64,000 bases of DNA from an uncultured delta proteobacterium. Lineage in GTDB: Bacteria; Desulfobacterota; Binatia; Bin18. The stretch spans positions 1 through 64,000 of the forward strand of contig CAVTCR010000045.1 in the NCBI GenBank assembly GCA_963733195.1. Direction: 5' to 3'. The notes under the pieces were generated by a model. It had not been told where the DNA came from, did no database searches, and worked only from the letters and a program-made list of their open reading frames with translations. This document shows positions 21,443-31,096 of the stretch, one piece after another. The translations under genes were made by a program, and so were the position numbers. The stretch's first letter is position 1. Each line of letters begins with the position of its first letter.

Positions 21443-21721
21443 ATGATACGAAGCTTTCGGCATCGGGGGCTGAAACGGCTCTATGAGCGAGGCGAACGCC
21501 GTCATCTCCGGCCCGATCAGGTAGATAAGATCGAGCGTATTCTGGCCCGCCTCGATGAAGCCAGTGACGTGAGCAATATGGATTTGCCTGGCTTCCGGCT
21601 TCATCCCCTGAAGGGAGACCTTGCGGGCTTTTGGGCCGTGACGGTCAGCGCCAACTGGCGCGTGATCTTCCGTTTTGAGGACGGCCACGCCCATGATGTC
21701 GATTTGGTGGATTATCACTAG
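21443..21721 (+). CDS. higB: HigB/RelE family toxin (plasmid killer type)
   Basis: MIRSFRHRGLKRLY..PGFRLHPLKGDLAGFWAVTVSANWRVIFRF..VDLVDYH. Confidence 0.93.
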   Translation: MIRSFRHRGLKRLYERGERRHLRPDQVDKIERILARLDEASDVSNMDLPGFRLHPLKGDLAGFWAVTVSANWRVIFRFEDGHAHDVDLVDYH

Positions 21722-21733
21722 GAGGACTGAACC

Positions 21734-22021
21734 ATGCCGATGAAGAACCCGCCCCATCCCGGCTTGTCTGTGAAGCATGACTGTCTGGAGCCGTTGGAGC
21801 TGAGCATTACCAAGGGAGCGGAAGTCCTTGGGGTGACCCGTCAGACGCTTAACGATCTTGTCCACGGCCACAGGGGCATTTCCCCGGAAATGGCTCTGCG
21901 CCTTGACATGGCGTTCGGCGGCGGGGCGGATACCTGGCTGCGCCTGCAGGCGGCCTATGACCTTGCCCAGGCCCGCCAGCACGCCGGCCGGATTAAGGTC
22001 AAACGCTACGAACCAGCATGA
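21734..22021 (+). CDS. higA: HigA antitoxin
   Basis: [31 protein letters not shown]. Confidence 0.93.
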   Translation: MPMKNPPHPGLSVKHDCLEPLELSITKGAEVLGVTRQTLNDLVHGHRGISPEMALRLDMAFGGGADTWLRLQAAYDLAQARQHAGRIKVKRYEPA

Positions 22022-22080
22022 AGGAGCGCAGCGTAATAACAAGCCGGTATGGAAACTCTGTCTATCGACGAAAGATTCCT

Positions 22081-22233
22081 TTAGATGAACAGTCGGTAGT
22101 CCTATGTCATAGGACTAAAGCGTTGCAACAACATGCCCAATTGCGCGATCTGTTTCGATGAGTACACCGTCGCCGGCAATTTGGAATACAGGTCGGCGGA
22201 ATTCCAATCCATTTTGGATAGACCAAAAATCTC
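22081..22233 (-). pseudogene. prokaryotic Argonaute PIWI C-terminal remnant
   Basis: EIFGLSKMDWNSADLYSKLPATVYSSKQIAQLGMLLQRFSPMT*DYRLFI* matches the pAgo terminal LxKxxWN..xLPAT..YxxFx pattern. Confidence 0.75.
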
Positions 22234-22343
22234 GGTAGTGCTATCCAAGTAATGCTGGCAAACGAATGTAAATCCATAAGACACCGGATAAGAACAGCTT
22301 TTACGCGCGGTGCTCTGGGCAGAGCATTACCAGGATAGTACTA
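22234..22343. mobile_element. IS1-derived MITE (right IR interrupted by IS982)
   Basis: GGTAGTGCTATCCAAGTAATGCT ... AGCATTACCAGGATAGTACTA, resuming after 23243; no transposase. Confidence 0.75.
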
Positions 22344-23242
22344 ACGATTGGTGCTAGTTGGTTACAAACTGAACTCGGCTAACGAGAGATGGATGAAGCC
22401 GTGCGCATCAGGAGTGAGGCCATGCCACTGCACGAGGAGATTAAAGGTCGCCAGCGTAAAGGCGAGGCGGGTTTGGAACGCCGCCCAGGTCCGATGCGCC
22501 ACTTTCTTCAGATGACAGACGCCGTGGATCATCGACAGCACGGTTTCGACCAACATTCTCGTATTCCAGGTGCCGCGGTCACAGAGTTTGAGATTGGCTG
22601 GATCGCCCTCTTTGGCGTGGAACGCGGAATCACTCAGGACGATCATCTCCTCCTCAAAGGTCTCAATCAGCGGATGGAAGGCGGTGTCGGGTGCATTGGC
22701 CCCGGCACAATCCCACGCCACGACCAGCCCCAGGTGATTGAGCAACAGACAGAGTTTGCCGCCCACAATCCAGCGATGATTCGATTTCCCTTTGCGGCCG
22801 ATTTGCTGGCGACTACGACCTTCACGCATCGGATGGAGCAATTCAATGCCATAGCTATCGACGACGCCCAAGACCGAGGGCAGGGCCAGAAACTCTTCGC
22901 TCCACGTCCGGTGCGTGGCCAAGAGCCGGAACAGGCGTGTTCGCTCCGGCAGCGTGGGAAACAAGGGCCGCCAATCGCGACTCAGCCAGCGATAGAACGC
23001 ACGTGTCCCGCTCCCTTTGAGGGCAAAGAGAATCCCCAAGGTGACGATTTCGCTCGGCCACAAATTTGCCAAGGGATGCTTGCGGCTGTCCGTCATGGCT
23101 TCATCTATCCGATAGAACAACTCGCTGATAAAGTCTTCGGTCGTCATGCGGGGGCCTCCTTGCGCTGCGTAGGTGTTGCAACCCGCAGCTTGAGGCCATC
23201 GCATGGCGCTTTTCAAGATCCGCTTAAACTAGCACCAGTCGT
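22344..23242 (-). mobile_element. IS982 family insertion sequence
   Basis: 16-bp IRs ACGATTGGTGCTAGTT / AACTAGCACCAGTCGT; 5-bp TSD TACTA at 22339-22343 and 23243-23247. Confidence 0.85.
22362..23147 (-). CDS. IS982-like DDE transposase
   Basis: LFPTLPERTRLFR, VVDSYGIE, GGKLCLL, LSDSAFH, RMLVETVLS. Confidence 0.85.
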   Translation of the reverse strand: MTTEDFISELFYRIDEAMTDSRKHPLANLWPSEIVTLGILFALKGSGTRAFYRWLSRDWRPLFPTLPERTRLFRLLATHRTWSEEFLALPSVLGVVDSYGIELLHPMREGRSRQQIGRKGKSNHRWIVGGKLCLLLNHLGLVVAWDCAGANAPDTAFHPLIETFEEEMIVLSDSAFHAKEGDPANLKLCDRGTWNTRMLVETVLSMIHGVCHLKKVAHRTWAAFQTRLAFTLATFNLLVQWHGLTPDAHGFIHLSLAEFSL

Positions 23243-23330
23243 TACTACTCAGTCGTGTCATTCTTCGCTTTGCTCAGAATGACACAACTGAGTGGGCGCT
23301 GCGTCAAGTGTACGAATAATGCGCTCTAGC

Positions 23331-23744
23331 TTAGTTCTCGACAGTTTGTACCGACCGTACTCGGAGGATACCTTTCTTTGGTTGTAGCCAACCTTCAATG
23401 ATAATTAGACGATCATGCATACCCGGTGTTTGTAACAGGGTTAGAACCTTCTCTTCGGCAAGGAAACGCAATCCTAAAGCAGAAACACGACGAAGTTGCT
23501 CTTCTGCGTGATAGGAGGAAAAGACTGCTTCAACGTGCGCAACACGAAAGATGCGTGGGCGATCGTCTATCCATACCCTGAGTACCGGAAACACTGAAGG
23601 TTGTGGGTCTCGGACGATCTCAAGCACGCCAGTGAGACGAAGTAAGGGGGTAGGGTGAACGTCAGGAACAATCGTTTGCGCAGAAGTCAATGAGAGCACA
23701 AACAGGGCAAAGAAGAGCCTAACGAAAAACGTTGGCAAATGCAT
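23331..23744 (-). CDS. hypothetical secreted protein
   Basis: Signal peptide; GAGTAAGGGA upstream of ATG. Confidence 0.6.
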   Translation of the reverse strand: MHLPTFFVRLFFALFVLSLTSAQTIVPDVHPTPLLRLTGVLEIVRDPQPSVFPVLRVWIDDRPRIFRVAHVEAVFSSYHAEEQLRRVSALGLRFLAEEKVLTLLQTPGMHDRLIIIEGWLQPKKGILRVRSVQTVEN

Positions 23745-23826
23745 GTCCCTTACTCTTTTCCTTTTGCCCCTTACGTTGTTGTCCTTCTCTCCCTTGGGGA
23801 GAAAAGGAACCTGAGGCTCTCATTGG

Positions 23827-24612
23827 TTATCTACGCGTCCCGCGTAATGGTGCCAACGCCTCCGCCGCACGTTGTGCTTCCCGTCGCATCAATATCAAGT
23901 CCGTACCATAGAGCAGATACTGCGCCCCACTCTCAACCACGGCTTTCATGTTCTCTGGACGGTTGACTGCACCCGCAGTAGCGATCCCGCGTTGTTTACA
24001 GAGTTGCAGGACATGACTCTGAGCTTTGCGTAACTCCGGATTGTCGTATTGGCCTGGAACACCAAGGCTTTGGGCAAGATCTTGGTATCCCACCAGGACG
24101 AGATCAATTCCCGGAATGAGAATCTCCTCGACGTTTTCCAGCGCCTCCTTGGTTTCAACAATGACACCCAACAGAGTATTGGCGTTGGCATGACTCATAG
24201 CGACGGCTGGATCAACATCTTCATAGTCGGTATTGGCTCCCATCAAGATCGCCATCCCGCGTTTGCCTTCGGGATGATACTTGGCCATCTCGATGAAGCG
24301 CCGGACCTCAGCGCCGGTTTTGACGTGCGGAACAATGAGACTTTGACAGCCACTGTCCAACAATCTCGTTACATGTTGATAGTCTAAGTCAGGAATACGC
24401 ACGACCGGTGAAATACCTGCCGCGTGAGCATGGGCGACGAGATCGACAACCGTTTCGAGATTATATGCCGAGTGTTCGGTGCAGATCATGACATAGTCCA
24501 TCCCGGCTTGTGCAAGCGTGTGCAGGACGCCACGCCCGCGGGTATCCCACAGCAACGTGCCGAGCGCGACTCCGCCAGACTTAAGTGTCTTCTTCAGTTG
24601 ATTGATGCGCAT
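23827..24612 (-). CDS. HpcH/HpaI aldolase family protein
   Basis: MICTEHS, PVVRIP, LLDSGCQSLIVPHV, YHPEGKRG, IVETKEALENVEEI. Confidence 0.92.
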   Translation of the reverse strand: MRINQLKKTLKSGGVALGTLLWDTRGRGVLHTLAQAGMDYVMICTEHSAYNLETVVDLVAHAHAAGISPVVRIPDLDYQHVTRLLDSGCQSLIVPHVKTGAEVRRFIEMAKYHPEGKRGMAILMGANTDYEDVDPAVAMSHANANTLLGVIVETKEALENVEEILIPGIDLVLVGYQDLAQSLGVPGQYDNPELRKAQSHVLQLCKQRGIATAGAVNRPENMKAVVESGAQYLLYGTDLILMRREAQRAAEALAPLRGTRR

Positions 24613-24697
24613 GCTATTCCCCTCCTACCGGACGGGATTATCACACGGGCGGGGGGCGAGCTATATGAGCGGGCAATCGAGATCGGACTGTAGAACG

Positions 24698-25285
24698 TTA
24701 CTTCGGCTTTGGCTTACTTTGTTCGCTCTCGATTTTCGCGAACAGAGTATCAACAATTTTTTCTATGGTGCCAAGCAGGTGATGAAACGATTTGTCAGTC
24801 CTATCGAGTAGGCGTTTTTTCATTGCTCCTTCAATATCTTTGGCTTGTTTGATTTCCCGTTTGTGTCGCGTCGTTCGCTTGGCATAGTCAATCATGAAGA
24901 CTTCGAGGTTCTCCATGACTTCTATTCCTAGGGTTTGAAAGAGCTTCTGGATCGTGGCTTGGGTGCGGAGTGCCTCGAAGGCAAAGAGGGTATTCAACCG
25001 TCCAATTTCTGCTTCTGTGGCGAGATCGAGCCGCGTCTTTTCGACTTTGACTGCTCGATCCATTTGTTCTTTGAGTAACGTTATTTCTTTGCGCAGGAAC
25101 TCTTTAGTCGCTCGCCGTTTGTCGAGCCATGGGATCTTATCGTTTTCAAGGATTTGGGGGAGGGAGTCGAGGCTTGGCGCGTTGACTCGCATCTCCGACC
25201 CCATAGAGTCAGATCCTTTGGTCTGTTCGGTGGTGTGTGCTTCTGTGAGTGGTGTTGGAACAAGGAGTTCGCTTTTTTCTGTCAT
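24698..25285 (-). CDS. hypothetical coiled-coil protein
   Basis: 195 aa charged helical ORF with AGAGAG upstream; no recognisable motif. Confidence 0.6.
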   Translation of the reverse strand: MTEKSELLVPTPLTEAHTTEQTKGSDSMGSEMRVNAPSLDSLPQILENDKIPWLDKRRATKEFLRKEITLLKEQMDRAVKVEKTRLDLATEAEIGRLNTLFAFEALRTQATIQKLFQTLGIEVMENLEVFMIDYAKRTTRHKREIKQAKDIEGAMKKRLLDRTDKSFHHLLGTIEKIVDTLFAKIESEQSKPKPK

Positions 25286-25298
25286 GAGGATAGCTCTC

Positions 25299-26066
25299 TT
25301 ACTGTACGGTCGTCAGTAGCGTTTCGTAGTTGTTATCAATTTCGCTTAAAGTTTGATCGAAGCACGTGAGGTCTTCGGTCGTCATCTTTTTACGTCGCCG
25401 CTGCTTACTGACATGTTGGCAGAGCACGGCTAATTCTTTGGTTGTTTTTAAGTCAATCGTATTCGCTAATGAGAGGAACAGCGCAGCTTGAGCTGAGGTG
25501 GCGATCCGGTGTTGTTCGCGAATGAATGTTCTCTGCTCTTGGCGACGCAGCGCGCGGACCTTTGCTCTGAACCTGCGTTCATGCCACAGGCTTGTCCATT
25601 TCCAAGCGAGGCGATACGGAGTTTGTCGTAGCCATAGGAGCCCCGCTCGTACCCGGTGCCATCCTTGTCTTCGCGTTCGCTGTGTAGAGGTACGGGTGAG
25701 TTCCTCTACGTTGCCATGGACCACCGGAGTCTGGTCAGCACAGGAGTGCTGTAAGTAGCCGCTGCGGCTCTGGTTCTCAATTGTAGAATTTCGGGATGTA
25801 CGAAGCGGAGAAAACAATTGGCGACTCTGCTGCAATGTTTCTTTGTAGAACACAAGAGAGCAGAGCCGTGATTTCTGTGTACTTTGAGACGACTCAACGG
25901 CGCGGCAGTGGCGAAAATGGCGGAGCACATGGACATTTTGGTATGTGAGAAGCAAAAGTTTCATCACATAGGATGCCCCAATGAGATGTTGCCTGCAGCG
26001 GTACCAGGTCTTTCTCAGACGAGTTGCGAAGGTCAAGGAATGAAAGGGCACAAGACGGTCGTCCAA
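25299..26066 (-). CDS. hypothetical basic protein
   Basis: 255 aa ORF, GAGGAG RBS before TTG, 13 nt from next ORF; no recognisable motif. Confidence 0.4.
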   Translation of the reverse strand: MDDRLVPFHSLTFATRLRKTWYRCRQHLIGASYVMKLLLLTYQNVHVLRHFRHCRAVESSQSTQKSRLCSLVFYKETLQQSRQLFSPLRTSRNSTIENQSRSGYLQHSCADQTPVVHGNVEELTRTSTQRTRRQGWHRVRAGLLWLRQTPYRLAWKWTSLWHERRFRAKVRALRRQEQRTFIREQHRIATSAQAALFLSLANTIDLKTTKELAVLCQHVSKQRRRKKMTTEDLTCFDQTLSEIDNNYETLLTTVQ

Positions 26067-26767
26067 ACAGGATTCTCCTCGTTTCTCATTTACTACTTAG
26101 GAACATTCTGCAAGAGTCGGCCTGACAAAACGATGGAAACGTCTGACGGCCTTACGAAATGTCCTGGAATGCGTCTCCTACGACAGGCAAGACAAATGGC
26201 AACATCAATACAGGCGTACGCTTAGGGTTGCTGTTCCACTCGCTGATCTTTGCGATTGGCGGTTGCTCGGAAAGTTCGCTGTCGTACCTGGCGATGTTCA
26301 CACATGAAATACCCCACACCTTTGGAGACCTGACTGCACCATTTAAGCATGGTTTCAGTTGCCTACTCAAGCACTCAGGGCACATAGATTCAGCAGTTGA
26401 CACACGGGTGATGACGTACTCCTTGGCAAGACCATATAACCATGTCCAACTAGAGCAAGATCGGCCTGTTGTCTGAAGCCTATAACCTTGACGTCACAAC
26501 TCCCAACAAAAACGAGGCGAGATGAGACAGTAGATCGGTTGTCAGAATGAGTAGAGGGCTTATAGGCCTCAGGCTGTAGGCTTGAGGGAGAAAAAGAGAA
26601 GTCAAAAGTAAAAGCCAAAGTCCAAGCCAAAAGTGCGAAGACAGCTAGATTGCTAAGCCTGGTGAGTCCTAATGAGGGTTGAGGCTCTGGGGTTGGTAAC
26701 AGACTCACCTTTCTCTTTCCCTTATCCCTTATCCTTATTCCTATTCCCCATTTCGCCATTTCCCCTT

Positions 26768-28773
26768 TTACCCCAACTTTTCTAGTTCCACCCGAGCATC
26801 GTTGAAGCACGCGCCACCGCCTACATCATTAACGTGTGACGGACAAAGCGCAGTCGAGGTAAATCCATTGCGCGAGGATTTTTGCCAGGCTCCTTTGGGC
26901 ATGAGCACAACGCCGGGGCGAATATCCGTGCTTACTTTGGCGCGACAATGCACTTCACCGAGTGCATTGAACACACGGACAGTATCACCAACAGAGATTC
27001 TTCGCGCTGTTGCATCTTCAGGATGAAGGGTGAGCCACAACTCTGGATAATTAAACTCACCGAGGGTGCTGGTGATCATTTTATTGTTACTCGGACTGAT
27101 AAGCGCGAGCGGGAAGCGTTCGTCTTTAACTGCCTGATAACGAAACGGTGTCTTTCCCAAAGCAGCGGGCGTAAGATGAATCTTTCCATCTGAGGTGCGC
27201 GGCGCAACGGTATCGAACTGAATTGGGCTCTCGCCGGGGAAATCATAGCGCTGGGTTTTTCCTGCCTGCCACAGCGAAAAGTCAGCTGATTGGTGACCAA
27301 GTTTCAGTGTTTCGGCGATCCTCTGCATGTAGGTCTCAGTGTCCCAATAAAATGGCTCGTGTTGCCAACCCATAGCCCGTCCGAGCAGGGCAAATACTTC
27401 CTCATTCGGCTTGGCCTCGCCTTGTGGAGGAATCACTGGTTGTACCCCACCAACTACATAGCTGCCGTAGGAACGTCTGATCTCACGTTGTTCCAGGAAC
27501 GTGACCGCCGGTAAAAGAATATCAGCATACTTAGCAGTATCAGTCATCACTTGTTCAGAAACCACGGTGAATAGATCTTCCCGAGCGAGTCCGCGTAGGA
27601 CGGCATTCTGGTCGGGAGCGGTGACTGCGGGATTACAATTATAGACAAACAACCCTTTCACTGGCGGTTGGAGATTCAGACTCAGAACATCGCCGAGTTG
27701 TGTTTGGTTAATAATCCGAGTTTGCCAGGGATGCGGACCGAATACTTGGGTGACATCGAGTTGTGCTGCGCCACTATTACTCATGGTGTACCCACCACCG
27801 CGCACACCAAACTTGCCGAGCAATGCTGGCATGGCGAGAATCGCTGCGAGTGCCTGTCCACCGTTGCGATTACGTTCTGTTCCCCAGCCAGTGCGGAGCA
27901 GGGCAGGGGTCGATTCGGCATACACTTGCGCCAAGGTGCGAATAGATTCGGGAGAAACGCGAGCTTCTGCTGCTGCGCGTTCGACCGTCCATGCTTGCGC
28001 TTGCTGCAGTAGTGGTTCGAGGCCATCGGCGTGTTGACGAAGAAATTCGAGGTCGAATCGCTCAGCTTCATGCCAGAGTCGGATCATTGCCAGTGCGACC
28101 GGCAAGTCTGCACCAGGATACACAGGCAGATGTAAATCGATCTCGTGATCGGAAAATGTCTTAATCGGATTAACAACCGCAATGAACGCGCCGTTCTTTT
28201 TGGCTTGCCGAAGCAGCGGGACAAGATGAATATTGGTGGCTTTGGGATTCGCTCCCCAGATGATGATGCACTTTGCGTGGGGATAGTCCTCGAATGCCAC
28301 TCCCGGCATGCGACCATACATATCGCGTGCGACCGCGGTTGATGGCGCAGCGCAGAAGGTCTTTGCCATCCGTGACGCGCCCAGCGTGGCAAAGTAGAAA
28401 TCGTCGATGAATGCGTCAGCCAGGAAGCCGTTCGAGCCACCATAGTGATACGGCAAGAATCGCTTCACCACCCCACTGCTGAATAATCGTTTTGAAACGG
28501 GTAGTGATCTCGGCAATCGCGTCATCCCACGAGATACGAGTGAATGCCCCTTCACCTTTCTTGCCAACCCGACGCATGGGATAGAGCAGACGGTCTTCAT
28601 GATACACGCGCCGGGCAAAATGCGAGACTTTGTCGCAAATGAATCCGTTGGTCGTTGGGTGATCGTGGGTCCCCCAGAATGCGTTGAATCTTACCATCAG
28701 TGACCGTGACTTCAAGGCCGCAAGTATCAGGGCAATCCATCGTGCAAGTGGTGTGAATGATTTGTGTGGTCAT
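26768..28773 (-). CDS. molybdopterin-dependent oxidoreductase (frameshifts near N-terminus)
   Basis: CTMDCPDTC, GFICDKV, RLLYPMRRVG, MTDTAKYADILLPA, LHPEDA..GDTVRVFN; three collinear frames. Confidence 0.9.
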
Positions 28774-28918
28774 AGCGTGTTCCTTAATACAAAACGGGGT
28801 AGAAAAGGGCAATGGCGAAAAAGGAAATGCCTTTTGCGACTCCCAGACCTAGATCTTCTTCGCCCTTTTGCCGTTTCGCCCGTTCAGCGTCGTAGGGCAG
28901 GCATGCCTGCCGATTCTC

Positions 28919-29800
28919 TTACCGCGCCGGCATATGCTCCTTAAACCAGGCGTTGGTGTGCTTCACGACTTGTTCAAATCCGTCACCACGATAGACATCC
29001 TCATGGATCATATTTTCCAGCACAACCAGTTTCTTCGGATGTCGAGCCTTGGCGTACATGCTTTGCGCTTCATACAAGGGAACAAGTTTGTCCTTGTCGG
29101 TATGAATCCACAGAATAGCACGCGGAGAAATGCGATCTGCCACTGCTTCGGGTTTGAACTCCATGATATCGGCTATTGATTCAAACGTGACTTCTGGCCG
29201 CCATTGCGGGAATGCTTTCTGTGCCTTTTCGAGATCGGCAACGACATCGGGGTCACGTGCCATCATGCGCGCCGTTTGCATATAGGTGACTTTTCCGGTC
29301 GTGACAAACTCCGCTTTCGCACGTCGCACTTTGTCCATAAACGCATCAAAGTTCGGACCCATGCGAAACTGCCGTTCGCAGTCGCCTGGCCCGACTACTG
29401 CGACTGTACATTTTGCGCGCTCATCGACCCCAGCAGTATAGACGACATTGGCACAGCCAAAGCTCGTGCCGTACAGACCGATACGATCAGGATTCACTTC
29501 TGGCAGGCTCTGCATGTAAGTCATGGCATTGCGAATATCAGTGACTTGGGCCATCGGGATCAAGCGGCAACGCGGTTCGCCGCCGCTTGCACCAAAATAG
29601 CGATAATCAAAATTCAACGTGATGTAGCCTTCCGCTCGTAGCCGTGCGGCATTGTTCGGCAGATACATTTCTTTGACGCCGGTGAACCCTTGGCAGAAGA
29701 TGACCGCTCCACGTTTCTCCCCAGCTTTATAGTCATCCGGAATTCCCAAAATACCGACACACGGCGTGCCTTCGCTGTAGAATTGCACTGTGCGTTCCAT
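28919..29800 (-). CDS. alpha/beta hydrolase
   Basis: FDYRYFGASGGEPR, nucleophile GTSFG, catalytic D and H region. Confidence 0.9.
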   Translation of the reverse strand: MERTVQFYSEGTPCVGILGIPDDYKAGEKRGAVIFCQGFTGVKEMYLPNNAARLRAEGYITLNFDYRYFGASGGEPRCRLIPMAQVTDIRNAMTYMQSLPEVNPDRIGLYGTSFGCANVVYTAGVDERAKCTVAVVGPGDCERQFRMGPNFDAFMDKVRRAKAEFVTTGKVTYMQTARMMARDPDVVADLEKAQKAFPQWRPEVTFESIADIMEFKPEAVADRISPRAILWIHTDKDKLVPLYEAQSMYAKARHPKKLVVLENMIHEDVYRGDGFEQVVKHTNAWFKEHMPAR

Positions 29801-29995
29801 AGCTTCCTCCTTTTTTCAGAACGAAACCGGTGAAACAGGAGAAATCGAAGCAAAACAGAATCGGAGAAACGGAGAGCGGGAGAAACGGAGCACAGACGCT
29901 TTTCTTCGACCCCTAGACTCGTCAGACTCCTTTATCATGCTTGGCGTCGCCGAATTCTCCGTTTCGCCTTTCCCCTCTTTCCTTTTCTGTTGACC

Positions 29996-30651
29996 TTAAA
30001 CGCCGCGCATCCCACCAGACTTATCTTTTGGATACAAACTCGCCGTGGCGCTTGGGCGAGCGGCTGACGCGGTCGAACCACGCGGTCATGTTCTTCAAGC
30101 TGGGATTGATCGTCTGACCCACACCCACGCCGAAGTCGAGCGCTGAGAAGAGAATCATGTCAGGAAGGGTGAAACGATTGCCGACAATGAACTGTTTCCC
30201 TTCCATGAGCTTATCCAACCATGCGAGCTTCTCTTGCACGATGGCTTTCAGGCCAGCCGCTGCTTCCGGCAAACAGTGCATGCGATCCTTAAAGAGCTGC
30301 AGTCCTTCAGCATAGCGGAAACCGTTATACAGATGTTCGGTGATGTTGAGTTCGATGCGACGCTGCCACATGCGGGTTTCGGCACGTTCTTCGGCGGTCG
30401 CCCCAACTAAATGCTGGAGTCGGATTCTTTTCTTCAAGATACTCACAGATCGCGACTGTTTCGCCAAGCGTGCTGCCGTTATCGAGTTCCAGGGCTGGCA
30501 TCTGACCGCCGGGATTTTTGTCCGTATACGGTGGCTTGCGATTATCTGCTGCCATCAGATTGACTTCAGTTGACGGGATAGAGATTCCTTTCTCGGCCAT
30601 GAACATGCGCACACAGCGCGGGTTCGGGCCGAGTGAATTGTAGAATTTCAT
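29996..30651 (-). CDS. glutathione S-transferase (frameshifted)
   Basis: GPNPRCVRMFMAEKG, NPGGQMPALELD, ETVAICEYLEE, FIVGNRFTLPD. Confidence 0.88.
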
Positions 30652-31096
30652 TGTCTGTTCCTCCTCTGTGAGATTGGATTATGATGGACCGTTTCCTATC
30701 TATCCGGCATCGCTAGGTGGTGCAACCGCTACTGGGTTGTGAGAGAGTCGAACGGTTGACAACGCCCCTCGCACCGCGCCATAACCGCCCTTGATGAGTA
30801 GCAAGATCCTCTACCTCCCCCAGCGGGCTGCGACGCCAACCAGTGAACGTACGGCCAGGCCGATCGTCGGACGCGACGCGGAACTGGCGGCGTTGCACCA
30901 GCGGCTGGAGACGCGTTGCAAGGTCAAGGAGGTTCGGCAGGTCCTGTTCATTGCGGGCGAGCCAGGCATTGGCAAGACGGCGCTGGTCGATACATTCCTG
31001 GCGCAGATTCGTGAACGAGACGGACATCCGTATTACTTCCGGGCAGTGCGTGGAGCAATACGGTCGCAGGCGAAGCTTATCTGCCGCTGCTCGAAG

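Noticed and set aside
22389-23282. Long antisense ORFs (here, 21431-22042, 34030-34974 and others)
   Set aside because: Shadow or chimeric frames over well-supported genes or IS ends, with no independent motif
26070-26560. tmRNA, RNase P or tRNA
   Set aside because: No tRNA-like ends, T-loop or RNase P consensus motifs seen
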